The notes: generated by a model not told the origin, from the sequence alone. Counted from the first letter of the stretch, positions 38,832-48,467 are shown. The stretch is DNA of 59,093 nt from Bacilli bacterium (GCA_017512495.1 JAFWGF010000049.1:71267-130359), one strand, 5' to 3'. Made by a program: numbers and translations.

Positions 38832-39449
38832 ATAGAAGAACTCTTAGATTATGATGGATTATTATATAGTATTATTAATAAGTATCCTAAAAGATTTGAT
38901 CATGATGATTTATATCAAGTAGCTATGTTAGGACTAATAGATGCTTATAAGCATTATGATAAGTCACTAAATACTAAATTCTCTACTTATGCATATTACT
39001 ATATAATAGGTGAAGTTAATAAGTATATTAGAGAGAGTAGTAGTCTAAAAGTTAGTAAAAGTTTAATCGATTTAAATAAAAAAATAATTAAGGTAAAAGA
39101 AATGATGACTCAAAAACTAGGAAGAAATCCTAGTAATTTAGAAATATCCTTATATTTAGATGTACCTGAAAATTTAATAGAAGAAGCTATACTTGCCAAT
39201 AATGAAGTAGAATCTATAGAAGATAATTATAATGACAATATGGTTTATGATGATACAAGCCCGACTATTTTAGATTTAAGAAGTGAAATAGAAAAACTTT
39301 CTCCTGAAGAACAAAAACTTTTAAAAATAAGATATTATAATGAATTTACCCAAATGGAAACATCTAATATATTAGGAATGAGTCAAGTACAAGTATCAAG
39401 AAAAGAAAACAAAGTATTACAAAAACTTAAGAGTAGATTAGTCTCTTAA
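38832..39449 (+). CDS. sigF: SigF-like sporulation sigma factor (probable ATA start; ORF track starts at ATG 38925)
   Basis: KFSTYA, LKVSKSL and RYY..TQ.E....LGMSQVQVSR match SigF; upstream in-frame region DLYQVAMLGL is sigma region 2; AGGAGG RBS at 38816-38821. Confidence 0.8.
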   Translation: MEELLDYDGLLYSIINKYPKRFDHDDLYQVAMLGLIDAYKHYDKSLNTKFSTYAYYYIIGEVNKYIRESSSLKVSKSLIDLNKKIIKVKEMMTQKLGRNPSNLEISLYLDVPENLIEEAILANNEVESIEDNYNDNMVYDDTSPTILDLRSEIEKLSPEEQKLLKIRYYNEFTQMETSNILGMSQVQVSRKENKVLQKLKSRLVS

Positions 39450-39457
39450 GTTTTTTT
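39421..39457 (+). terminator. Intrinsic terminator overlapping the sigF 3' end
   Basis: AAAAACTTAAGAG-N9-CTCTTAAGTTTTT followed by TT. Confidence 0.8.
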
Positions 39458-39486
39458 GTATATTTTAATTAAATATTCCCATATTA
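39458..39486 (+). promoter_or_regulatory. sigmaG-type forespore promoter for spoVA
   Basis: GTATA (39458-39462), 17-bp spacer, CATATTA (39480-39486); matches the B. subtilis sigmaG consensus GHATR/CATWHTA. Confidence 0.6.
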
Positions 39487-39500
39487 TAAATGGTGATATA

Positions 39501-39938
39501 ATGCGAAATACTAAATATGAGAGAATAGCTAATGAGCATAAGGCTGATGAGAATAGAATTGGTAATGCCATAATAGCTTTTATTAGTGGAGGAGTAATAG
39601 GAATGCTAGGGGAAATAATTATCGAGGTATTACTAGGTTTTGGAATAAATAGAACTGAAGCTATTCCTATTATGATTGTTATATTTATTTTTATTGCTAG
39701 TTTAGGTACAGCTTTAGGATTCTTTGATAACTTAGTAACTAAATTTAAGTGTGGGTTATTAATACCTATTACAGGATTTGCTCATGCAATGACAAGTAGT
39801 TGTTTAGATTATAAAAACGAAGGACCTATTTATGGATTAGGCTCTAATATGTTTAAATTGACAGGATCGGTTATTTTATATGGAATAGTATCTGCCTATA
39901 TCTTTGGAACTATTAGATATATTATAGGAGGTATGTAA
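39501..39938 (+). CDS. spoVAC: Stage V sporulation protein AC
   Basis: Likely start ATG 39501; AFISGGVIG, GLLIPITGFAHAM, GSNMFKLTGSVILYG motifs. Confidence 0.9.
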   Translation: MRNTKYERIANEHKADENRIGNAIIAFISGGVIGMLGEIIIEVLLGFGINRTEAIPIMIVIFIFIASLGTALGFFDNLVTKFKCGLLIPITGFAHAMTSSCLDYKNEGPIYGLGSNMFKLTGSVILYGIVSAYIFGTIRYIIGGM

Positions 39939-40924
39939 TGACTTTTTATTATAAGAATGTATATTTAGAAGAAACAGCTACTATTACAGGTCCTTATGAA
40001 AAGAATGGACCTTTAAGGAATTATTTTGATAAGACTTATGATGATTTATATATGGGAGAAAAATCATTTGAAAAAGCTGAAATAAAATTAGTTAAAGATT
40101 CACTAATAATGCTTATGAAGAAAAGTGGTATTAATAAAAAAGAAGTAGATTTAGTAGTGGGAGGAGATTTACTAAATCAAATAACTGCTTCTACTTATGG
40201 AAGTTATGGAGTAGGTAATGGTTTTGTTGGTATTTATGGAGCTTGTAGTAGTAGTGTTTTAGGAATGATTATTGCAGCTAATTTTATTGAAAGTAATTTT
40301 ATTAATAATGCAATCTGTTTAGTATCATCACATAATATGACTAGTGAAAAGCAATTTAGATATCCTACTGAGTATGGAGCACCTAGACCTAAAACAGCTA
40401 CTTTTACTGCTACTGGAGCTGCCTGTAGTTATTTAACTAATGAAGAAAGCGATGTTAGAGTAGAATGTGCAACATTGGGTAGAATAATTGATTATGAACA
40501 AAAAGATCCAAATGGCATGGGAAAAGCAATGGCTCCAGCTGCTATTGATACATTACTTAGACACTTTCAAGAAACGGGAAGAACAGCTGATTATTATGAT
40601 TTAATCTTAACAGGAGATTTAGGTATTTATGGAAAAGAAATATTTAAAGATTATTTATCTAAACAATATAAAATTAAGTTAATTAATTATAATGATTGTG
40701 GAGTAATGTTATATGATTTAAAAAAACAAAAAGTATTAGCTGGAGCTAGTGGACCAGTATGTAGTGCATTGGTTACATATTCTTTTATTTTTCATCAGTT
40801 AAAAAAGAAAAAACTAAAACGAGTACTATTACTCGCAACAGGGGCTTTATTTTCCCCAACTATGTTATATCAAAAAGAAAATATTAATTCTATTTGTCAT
40901 GCGATTAGTTTGGAGGTGATTTAA
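39938..40924 (+). CDS. spoVAD: Stage V sporulation protein AD (dipicolinate uptake)
   Basis: GDLLNQ, GIYGACSS, EKQFRYPTEYG, MAPAA, TGDLG, GASGPVCS, ATGALFSP motifs. Confidence 0.95.
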   Translation: MTFYYKNVYLEETATITGPYEKNGPLRNYFDKTYDDLYMGEKSFEKAEIKLVKDSLIMLMKKSGINKKEVDLVVGGDLLNQITASTYGSYGVGNGFVGIYGACSSSVLGMIIAANFIESNFINNAICLVSSHNMTSEKQFRYPTEYGAPRPKTATFTATGAACSYLTNEESDVRVECATLGRIIDYEQKDPNGMGKAMAPAAIDTLLRHFQETGRTADYYDLILTGDLGIYGKEIFKDYLSKQYKIKLINYNDCGVMLYDLKKQKVLAGASGPVCSALVTYSFIFHQLKKKKLKRVLLLATGALFSPTMLYQKENINSICHAISLEVI

Positions 40925-41274
40925 TGCTTTTAATTAATTCATTTCTATTTTGTGGGCTTATTTGTATGTTATCTCAATTAATATTAGATAATACAAAACT
41001 TACTCCCGGACATATTACTTCTATTTTAGTAGTAATAGGAGCTTTTCTAGATACTTTTAGTATCTATGATAGAATTATTGAGGTAGTAGGTGGAGGAGCT
41101 TTACTACCTATAACTAGTTTTGGACATTCCCTAATTCATGGAGCTTTAGCTCAAGCAGAAAAAACAGGAGTATTAGGTATTTTAATGGGAATGTTTGACT
41201 TAACAGCTGCTGGAATAGTCTTTGCTATTATCTTTTCATTTATATTTACTTTGATTTTTAAACCTAGAAATTAA
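40924..41274 (+). CDS. spoVAE: Stage V sporulation protein AE(b)
   Basis: GLIC..SQLILD.TKLTP, GGGALLPITSFGHSL, IFKP C-terminus. Confidence 0.9.
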   Translation: MLLINSFLFCGLICMLSQLILDNTKLTPGHITSILVVIGAFLDTFSIYDRIIEVVGGGALLPITSFGHSLIHGALAQAEKTGVLGILMGMFDLTAAGIVFAIIFSFIFTLIFKPRN

Positions 41275-41302
41275 AATATCCACAAAATTTGTGGATATTT
41301 TT
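41273..41302. terminator. Bidirectional terminator
   Basis: AAAATATCCACA-AAATT-TGTGGATATTTT between convergent genes. Confidence 0.8.
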
Positions 41303-41603
41303 AATCTATTTTAGAAACTTCTATTATTTTGTTCATATCATCGTCTTTGGCAACAATATTTTTATGTTGTTCATGACACTTTTCGCATTGATAAAGTATC
41401 TTATAAGTATCTTTATGTTTTTCAATTCCAATGGGTTTTAATAGACCTAAACAAGTATTCTTTCTATCTCCTGGCATGATATCTACATGTTTAGAATATA
41501 AACAATAAGGACAATGATCACGAGAAGTATATCCTAAAGGACTAACTTCTTTATGACAATGTTCGCAGATAAAACCTTCATCTAATTCATTGAATCTCTT
41601 CAT
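41301..41603 (-). CDS. RNHCP-domain zinc-finger protein
   Basis: Likely start at 41603; FICEHC, RDHCPYCLYSKHVD..PGDR, CEKC motifs. Confidence 0.88.
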   Translation of the reverse strand: MKRFNELDEGFICEHCHKEVSPLGYTSRDHCPYCLYSKHVDIMPGDRKNTCLGLLKPIGIEKHKDTYKILYQCEKCHEQHKNIVAKDDDMNKIIEVSKID

Positions 41604-41688
41604 ATTACCACCAAACCTATTATATAATATTGTTTTTATTTTGACAAAGTAATATGTTATAATATTTATAGAGTTCGGAGTGATGAAC

Positions 41689-42393
41689 ATGGATTTTAAG
41701 ATAAATGATTTTGAAGGTCCATTAGATTTATTATTACACTTAATAAAAGAATCAAAGATGGATATTATGAATATTGAAATAGAAGTAATTACTGATCAAT
41801 ATATGAACTTCTTAAAAGAACAAGAAAAGATGAATCTAGAGATTTCTTCTGAATACTTAGTATTAGCTTCAGAATTACTAGAAATTAAATCAAAATTGTT
41901 AATACCAAATAATAAACTAGAAGAAGTAGATGAAGAAGATCCTAGAGAAGAACTAATTAATCGTTTATTAGAATATCAAGCATATAAAGACATTACTAAA
42001 GTACTTCAAGAAAAGGAATTATTAAGAAAAGATATTTATACTAAGTATCCTGAAAGTATAAGTAATTATATTCCAGAAAGTAAAGAAATACACAGTGATG
42101 TAACATTAGATGATTTAATAAATGCTTTTCAAAAATATTATCAAAGAAAGATTGAGAATAAACCTTTAAATACAAAAGTAACCTTAAAGGAAATAAGTGT
42201 TTCATCACGAAGAAGTGATATTAAAAGATTGTTTAAAAGTAAGAAAAGACTATCATTCAAAGAATTATTTCCGGTAGTATCAAGAGAATATATAGTCGCA
42301 ACTTTCTTAGCTATTTTAGAGATGGCTAAAAATAGGGAATTAACTATTACTCAAAATGATACTAATGATGATATAATATGTGAGGTGGTATAA
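41689..42393 (+). CDS. scpA: Segregation and condensation protein A
   Basis: FEGPLDLLLHLI N-terminus; DPREELINRLLEYQ; VATFLAILEM. Confidence 0.96.
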   Translation: MDFKINDFEGPLDLLLHLIKESKMDIMNIEIEVITDQYMNFLKEQEKMNLEISSEYLVLASELLEIKSKLLIPNNKLEEVDEEDPREELINRLLEYQAYKDITKVLQEKELLRKDIYTKYPESISNYIPESKEIHSDVTLDDLINAFQKYYQRKIENKPLNTKVTLKEISVSSRRSDIKRLFKSKKRLSFKELFPVVSREYIVATFLAILEMAKNRELTITQNDTNDDIICEVV

Positions 42394-42980
42394 TGAAAAA
42401 AGCTATCTTAGAAGGATTATTATTTGTTGTAGGAGAAGACGGATTAACACTAGAACAAATAGAAGATGTCCTTGAAATTGATGAAAATGAATCTAAAGAA
42501 ATAATAATGGAATTAAAGAAAGATTATGAAGATGAGTCAAGAGGTCTTAGAATAGATTTTTTAGGTAATAGATTTAAGATTACTACTAAGTTTGAACATA
42601 AAGAGTATTATCAAAAACTATTAGAAAATCCTGAAACTAATACTTTATCACAAGCTGCTTTAGAAACATTAGCCATAATTGCTTATAATGAACCAATTAC
42701 TAGAGTTCAAGTAGATGCGATTAGAGGAGTAGGTAGTGCTTCTATTATTAGAAAGTTAGTTGCGAAAGGATTTGTTAAAGAAAGTGGTAGAAGTGAATTA
42801 CCGGGAAGACCTATTCTTTATGAAACTACTAATGAATTCTTAGATTATTTTGGATTATCATCTACGGGTGATTTGCCTAATATTGAAGAAATAATTAATG
42901 AAAATGATGAAGAGATAGAAGAAGATAAGGACTTATATAGTTCTAAATATATTGAGGAAGATACTGAAGAAATATTATAA
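42393..42980 (+). CDS. scpB: Segregation and condensation protein B
   Basis: LEGLLFV, LSQAALETLAIIAYNEPITR, GRPILY.TT..FLDYFGL. Confidence 0.96.
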   Translation: MKKAILEGLLFVVGEDGLTLEQIEDVLEIDENESKEIIMELKKDYEDESRGLRIDFLGNRFKITTKFEHKEYYQKLLENPETNTLSQAALETLAIIAYNEPITRVQVDAIRGVGSASIIRKLVAKGFVKESGRSELPGRPILYETTNEFLDYFGLSSTGDLPNIEEIINENDEEIEEDKDLYSSKYIEEDTEEIL

Positions 42981-43037
42981 AGTCATATAAAATATGGCTT
43001 TTTTTATATGATTTTATGTGTTATAATTTAATTGCCT

Positions 43038-43124
43038 GCTTCCATGGCGGAATTGGTAGACGCGGTAGACTCAAAATCTACTTCTAGCAATAGAGTTCCG
43101 GTTCAAGTCCGGATGGGAGCACCA
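43038..43124 (+). tRNA. tRNA-Leu(CAA)
   Basis: GCTTCCA/TGGGAGC acceptor stem, GTAGA-CTCAAAA-TCTAC anticodon arm, long variable arm, GTTCAAG T-loop, encoded CCA; terminator at ~43130-43156. Confidence 0.97.
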
Positions 43125-43218
43125 ATTAAAAATAACGAGGAATACTCGTTTTTTTATTTTGCTTTATTGTTTATATCTGTTTACTATGTTATAATTTGAT
43201 ATGATAGGAGTAGTAATC

Positions 43219-43740
43219 ATGCAAAAAGTTTACATCATATTAACATATACTGGAACTATATTAGCTAAATTAGTTAGAGGATATACTAGAAAAGAATATG
43301 CTCATGTATCATTGGCTTTGGATAAAGACCTAAATGAAATGTATAGTTTTGGTAGATTAAATCCATATAATCCATTCATAGGTGGATTTGTTCATGAATC
43401 TATTGATTATGGTACATTTAAAAGATTCTCTAAGACTAAAACAAAAATATATTCATTAGAAGTTAATGATGAACAGTATAATCAAATGAAAAAAATTATT
43501 GAAGATATTAATAATAATAAGAATAATTATAGGTTTAATGTGTTAGGTATTTTTTTCGCAGCTGTCCATCTAAAATTAAAAAGAGAGAGATGTTTTTATT
43601 GTGCGGAGTTTGTTAAATATGTGTTAGAAAACTCTGATTTAAAAATAGATTTACCAGAAATTGTTAAACCAGATGATTTTAATAAAATTGCTGACTTACA
43701 AGAAATATATACAGGAGTATTAAAATATTATAAGATGTAA
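43219..43740 (+). CDS. Permuted papain-like (YiiX/YebB, NlpC/P60 superfamily) protein
   Basis: Likely start ATG 43219; YAHVS (His) precedes FYCAEFV (Cys), the permuted catalytic order. Confidence 0.75.
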   Translation: MQKVYIILTYTGTILAKLVRGYTRKEYAHVSLALDKDLNEMYSFGRLNPYNPFIGGFVHESIDYGTFKRFSKTKTKIYSLEVNDEQYNQMKKIIEDINNNKNNYRFNVLGIFFAAVHLKLKRERCFYCAEFVKYVLENSDLKIDLPEIVKPDDFNKIADLQEIYTGVLKYYKM

Positions 43741-43754
43741 AAAGAGGGGCTAAG

Positions 43755-44351
43755 ATGAGAAATACCTTAAATAGTAGAATTTTTAAAATTATTTATACTA
43801 TGTTTGGAATAATGTTTGGTATCATACTTATTCTTTATTTAATATTCTCTATTTTAGTAGGTAAAAACTTATTTGGTTATACTCTATATATTGTTCCTGA
43901 TAATTCAATGCATGGCGTATATGAAAAAAAAGATGTTGTAATTACTGAAAAAATAGATAAAATTTTACTAAAAACAGGAAATGATATTGTTTATTATGGA
44001 ACTACTGGTGGATTAGAGGGGAAATTAATAATTCATCGAATAGTGAAAATAGATAATACTGATAAAAAAAATATTCTTTTTACAACTCAAGGAATAAAAT
44101 CATCTATTACTGATCCAGCTATTACTGCAGATGTAATCTTAGGTAAAGTAATAGGAAAAGTACCTGTTTTGACAGAACTAAATCATTTAATAAGAAATCA
44201 AATAGGTTTTTCTCTAATAGTTTTTTTACCATTATTGGCGATTTTAATCATAGAGATTACTAGAACATGTCTTTCTATGAAATTAGAGAAAATAAACCTT
44301 GATATTGAAGATAAAAACAGAGGTCAAAATGAAGAAGAAAACAAAGAATAA
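43755..44351 (+). CDS. SipW/ER-type signal peptidase I-like protein (S26B)
   Basis: N- and C-terminal TM helices; YIVPDNSM (Ser), IIHRIV (His), T.G....DP box; usual GDNN degenerate. Confidence 0.75.
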   Translation: MRNTLNSRIFKIIYTMFGIMFGIILILYLIFSILVGKNLFGYTLYIVPDNSMHGVYEKKDVVITEKIDKILLKTGNDIVYYGTTGGLEGKLIIHRIVKIDNTDKKNILFTTQGIKSSITDPAITADVILGKVIGKVPVLTELNHLIRNQIGFSLIVFLPLLAILIIEITRTCLSMKLEKINLDIEDKNRGQNEEENKE

Positions 44352-44928
44352 ATATATTATTCCTAGTAATGAACGTTGGTATATTACTTATGGAGGATAT
44401 ACTAAAAAAGATTCTCATTCCTATGATATATATGGCCAAAGATGGGCTTATGATTTTGATTATAATGTCAATGATACATATTACCACGATGATGGTAATA
44501 TTAATGAGAATTATTATGGTTATGGGAAACCTATTTTAGCTCCTATAGATGGTTTTATTGTGGATATAGTTGATGGTATTAAAGATAGTAGAGCTTATGC
44601 TGATATGAGAGTTTCACAAGATTTAGAAGATGTTAGAGGAAACTATTTAATAATAAAAGCAGCCTATGGAGAATATTGTACTATTTGTCATATTAAAAAA
44701 GATAGTTTTAAGGTAAAAATAGGGGATATAGTAAAGCAAGGACAAGAGATAGCTTCAGTAGGTAATTCAGGTCGTACTAAAGGTGCTCATATTCATATGC
44801 AGGTAAATAAAGGAATGGATTTTTTTAATTCCGAGCCATTAATTATTGTTTTTAAGAATATTTTAGTTAATAATAAAACTAAATCTTTAATAAAAGTAGG
44901 AGATTTTGTAGAAAATAAAAGTAGGTGA
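44329..44928 (+). CDS. M23-family metallopeptidase
   Basis: Likely start ATG 44329; SHS..QRWAYDF, ILAPIDG, GNYLII, VGNSGRTKGAHIH motifs. Confidence 0.85.
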   Translation: MKKKTKNKYIIPSNERWYITYGGYTKKDSHSYDIYGQRWAYDFDYNVNDTYYHDDGNINENYYGYGKPILAPIDGFIVDIVDGIKDSRAYADMRVSQDLEDVRGNYLIIKAAYGEYCTICHIKKDSFKVKIGDIVKQGQEIASVGNSGRTKGAHIHMQVNKGMDFFNSEPLIIVFKNILVNNKTKSLIKVGDFVENKSR

Positions 44929-44932
44929 TCCT

Positions 44933-45232
44933 ATGGAAGAATTAATTGATCAATATCGTTATCTTGTAGGAGGATATTATGGAGTATATTTAATGGACGA
45001 ATATGCACTAAAAGAATATGTTTTAAAAGATATTGAAGATTATATTAGAAGTTTTGTAAAAGTTAATCCTATTGATAATTTTGATTATGAAAATGAAGCA
45101 AAAGAAGTTAAAGAAAAACTTTCTAATAAGGAAAAATTACAAGATGCTTTATTAGTTCTTAATAGAATAGATGGTCCAATGGATTTAGTGTTTTTAATAA
45201 AGAATAAATTAAAAAAATATAATCATAAATAG
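44933..45232 (+). CDS. Hypothetical protein
   Basis: AGGTGA RBS; 99-aa ORF packed into the operon. Confidence 0.7.
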   Translation: MEELIDQYRYLVGGYYGVYLMDEYALKEYVLKDIEDYIRSFVKVNPIDNFDYENEAKEVKEKLSNKEKLQDALLVLNRIDGPMDLVFLIKNKLKKYNHK

Positions 45233-45249
45233 TTTAAGAGGAGATTAAT

Positions 45250-46083
45250 ATGAAAAGTAAGTTTATAAAAAGTATAATTTTAGTATTTATCATAATAATG
45301 TGTACTGCTTGTAATGGTAGTGTTACTAGAGATATTAGACATGCTGGTTTTAATATTGGTGATAAGTTTATTTGTGATAGTTTTTTTCCAAAAGATAAAG
45401 ATGACACAAGTTATAATAAGGTTAGATATTTTACAGAAGATCATTTAATAGATAAAGATGGTAAAATATATGAATTGTCTTTATCAAAAACATATCAAAG
45501 TGGTCAAAACTGTCGAGCAGCTGATACTAGTATTATTGTAAAATCTATTTTTGATGATGGAATAATCAAAGGTATGGATGATAAGTATTACTACTTAGTA
45601 GGTCAAAATGATGTTTCAAGTTATAGTGAGATACCTAATACTGATAATAATTATGATATATATAATTTATTGCTTAGAGAAGTAGATGTAATAAAAGTAA
45701 TTACTGCTAATAGTAGTACAGGGGAATATTTTATTTTAAAAACAGATGGTAATGTTTATAGCTATATAGTTACTAAGAAGGATTATAGTAGTCCTCCAAC
45801 AGTAACTGCTATTTCTACAGTTTATAATAAGAATGATTATGATTCTAAAATAGTAGATTTTAATTATGCAGGTAATTCTTTAAATACTTTTATTAGAACG
45901 GAAAATAAAACATATCGTATGAGAATTACTAATGGTGAAAAGTGTAATAAATATGCTGATATACCATGTAATTATCAAATGTCAGAAGATCCATTATTTG
46001 AAGAGTATAGAGATAGAATTATAATGTTTAATGGATCTATGTTAATAACAGATTATAAACAAATGTTTACAGTAGCTTCATAA
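45250..46083 (+). CDS. Putative lipoprotein
   Basis: Signal peptide with lipobox-like MCTAC; beta-rich mature domain; palindromic terminator at 46084-46107. Confidence 0.7.
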   Translation: MKSKFIKSIILVFIIIMCTACNGSVTRDIRHAGFNIGDKFICDSFFPKDKDDTSYNKVRYFTEDHLIDKDGKIYELSLSKTYQSGQNCRAADTSIIVKSIFDDGIIKGMDDKYYYLVGQNDVSSYSEIPNTDNNYDIYNLLLREVDVIKVITANSSTGEYFILKTDGNVYSYIVTKKDYSSPPTVTAISTVYNKNDYDSKIVDFNYAGNSLNTFIRTENKTYRMRITNGEKCNKYADIPCNYQMSEDPLFEEYRDRIIMFNGSMLITDYKQMFTVAS

Positions 46084-46146
46084 AGTAAAAGATTTAAATC
46101 TTTTACTTTTTATTATAGTCTGTTAGAATTAAGATAGGTGATTGAT

Positions 46147-46893
46147 ATGTGGATGATAATTATAATTATCTGTATGATAGTTATTCCAATCAGTATTATA
46201 GTTTATAAAATTGCAACAACATATAAAAGTTTTAGTCATGGACAATCACAAATAGATGTTAATCATGTTAATGAAAATTCGTTTCAAAGATTTGCTAAGT
46301 TCTATGGAGAAACATATCCTCATGAAGAAAAATTTGATGCTAAAATAAATCAAATTTATATATTAATTAAAGATCGTGGAGAAAGAGATATTAAAAAAAT
46401 TGCTGAGACATCTTTTTGTAGTATACCAGAATGTGTTATTAAGATTAAATATTTAAAAAATAAAAGACTAATAGAAGGTTTATATATTGATACCAATAAT
46501 CTGAAATTAATACAATGTAGCGATGAAGAACAAGCTTTAATAGATAAATATAAGCCATATATTTACGGTACTCATACACAGATAGAAGAATTTGTTAATT
46601 TACTTCCTAATCCCGAAGGATTAGGGGTTGAAGAACACAAGAGAAAGGTATTAGAAGAAATAAAATATTTGGATCAAAAAGATTTAATTAATGGTATTAA
46701 AATAGATGATATCGATGGAAGAATCATTTATTATACTCTTGAGAAAAGAAAAGCCGTTTATAATAAAGAAACTGTTCATTGCCCTAATTGTGGAGCATTA
46801 AATGATGTTGAGATAGCTGGAAAAACTAGATGTGATTACTGTAAAGGTATAGTTATAGGCAGTGAATTTAAAGAAGCAAATGAAGAAAGCTAG
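46147..46893 (+). CDS. Membrane-anchored protein with C-terminal zinc ribbon
   Basis: N-terminal TM; CPNCG...CDYC at the C-terminus. Confidence 0.7.
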   Translation: MWMIIIIICMIVIPISIIVYKIATTYKSFSHGQSQIDVNHVNENSFQRFAKFYGETYPHEEKFDAKINQIYILIKDRGERDIKKIAETSFCSIPECVIKIKYLKNKRLIEGLYIDTNNLKLIQCSDEEQALIDKYKPYIYGTHTQIEEFVNLLPNPEGLGVEEHKRKVLEEIKYLDQKDLINGIKIDDIDGRIIYYTLEKRKAVYNKETVHCPNCGALNDVEIAGKTRCDYCKGIVIGSEFKEANEES

Positions 46894-46945
46894 GCTTTCT
46901 TTTTTTTATTATTTGAGATATTATATACTTGAAATGGGTGATTAT

Positions 46946-47818
46946 ATGTTACTAGCGGATAATTGGAAAGATTATGAATTATTAGATGCTTCCAAAGGAA
47001 TGAAATTAGAAAGATGGGGAGAGTTAGTTTTATTAAGACCAGATCCTCAAGTTATTTGGAATAATGGAGATTTATTAGAAAAGTACCATGATAGAATTGA
47101 TGCAGTCTATCATCGTAGTAATAAAGGTGGAGGTCATTGGGAAAATTTAAAGAATATTCCTAGTTCATGGACTATTAAATATAAAGATTTAACATTTAAC
47201 ATTAAACAAATGGGATTTAAACATACTGGTTTATTCCCAGAACAAGCTGTTAATTGGGATTTTATGATTAATAAGATTAAAAGTAGCAAAAGAGATATCA
47301 AAGTACTAAATCTATTTGCTTATACAGGAGGAGCTACAGTAGCTTGTTTATCAGCTGGGGCTAGTGTTACTCATGTAGATTCATCTAGGGGGATGGTTGA
47401 TTGGTGTAAGGAAAATGTTAGAAGTAGTGGTTATCAAGATGCTCATATTAGATATTTAGTTGATGATGTAGTAAAATTTGTTGAAAGAGAAATACGTAGA
47501 GGTAATAAATATGATGCTATTATAATGGATCCTCCTAGTTATGGTAGAGGAGCTAATGGAGAAGTTTGGGATATCGAAAAGAATTTAAATTATTTGATTG
47601 AAAAGTGTTCAGAGATTTTATCAGATAAGCCATTGTTCTTTTTGATTAATTCCTATACAACAGGATTATCTTCTACTGTGCTTAGTAACTTATTAGAATT
47701 AAATATAAACAGCAAATATGCTGGTAAAATAACATGCGGAGAAGTAGGTATTCCAATTAAAGAGAATAATTTAGTATTACCATGCGGTATATATGGAAGA
47801 TGGGAAGAAAATGAATAA
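46946..47818 (+). CDS. Class I SAM-dependent methyltransferase (RlmI/YwbD-like)
   Basis: Likely start ATG 46946; HTGLFPEQ, LNLFAYTGG, HVDSS, IMDPPSYG motifs. Confidence 0.88.
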   Translation: MLLADNWKDYELLDASKGMKLERWGELVLLRPDPQVIWNNGDLLEKYHDRIDAVYHRSNKGGGHWENLKNIPSSWTIKYKDLTFNIKQMGFKHTGLFPEQAVNWDFMINKIKSSKRDIKVLNLFAYTGGATVACLSAGASVTHVDSSRGMVDWCKENVRSSGYQDAHIRYLVDDVVKFVEREIRRGNKYDAIIMDPPSYGRGANGEVWDIEKNLNYLIEKCSEILSDKPLFFLINSYTTGLSSTVLSNLLELNINSKYAGKITCGEVGIPIKENNLVLPCGIYGRWEENE

Positions 47819-48467
47819 ATTAGAAGTTTTATATGAAGATAATCATATTATTGTAGTCATTAAACCTTGCAATGTACTTAGTCAAGGAGATAATACTGGT
47901 GATTTTTCTATGGTTGAAATAGTAAAAGAGTATTTAAAAGAAAAGTATAATAAACCGGGAAATGTCTATTTAGGATTAGTTCATAGATTAGATAGGCCAG
48001 TTGGTGGTATTATGGTATTTGCTAAAACTAGTAAAGCTGCTTCAAGACTTAGTAAAAGTTTTTTAGAACATAAAGTAACTAAAAAGTATTTAGCTATTAT
48101 TCATGGAAGAATGGATAAAAAAGGTAAATTAGTTGATTATTTAGAAAGAACTAGTAATGGAAATACAATTGTTTCAAAAAATGGTAAAGAGGCTGTTTTA
48201 ACTTACGAAGAATTAGAATATAACAAAGATAATGATTGTAGCTTAATTTCAGTTGATTTAGAAACAGGTAGACATCATCAAATAAGAGTTCAATTTGCTA
48301 GTCGTGGGCACTATTTATTAGGTGATCAAAGATATGGTGTCGAGGATAAGCAACAAATATGCTTATATTGCTATTATTTAGCTTTTGAACATCCAGTCAC
48401 AAAACAAGTCTTAGAGTTTAAGAAAAACCCTGAAAATAAAGGATATTGGACAATGTTTACATTGTAA
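47811..48467 (+). CDS. RluA-family RNA pseudouridine synthase
   Basis: VHRLDRPVGG catalytic Asp motif; ETGRHHQIRVQ; GDQRYG. Confidence 0.93.
   Translation: MNKLEVLYEDNHIIVVIKPCNVLSQGDNTGDFSMVEIVKEYLKEKYNKPGNVYLGLVHRLDRPVGGIMVFAKTSKAASRLSKSFLEHKVTKKYLAIIHGRMDKKGKLVDYLERTSNGNTIVSKNGKEAVLTYEELEYNKDNDCSLISVDLETGRHHQIRVQFASRGHYLLGDQRYGVEDKQQICLYCYYLAFEHPVTKQVLEFKKNPENKGYWTMFTL

Noticed and set aside
41641-41663. Consensus TTGACA...TATAAT promoter for scpA
   Set aside because: The spacer is only 11 bp; only the extended -10 (TGtTATAAT) is credible.
43125-46900. Integrated element at tRNA-Leu
   Set aside because: No integrase and no repeat of the tRNA 3' end were seen; the downstream genes look like ordinary lineage-specific envelope genes.
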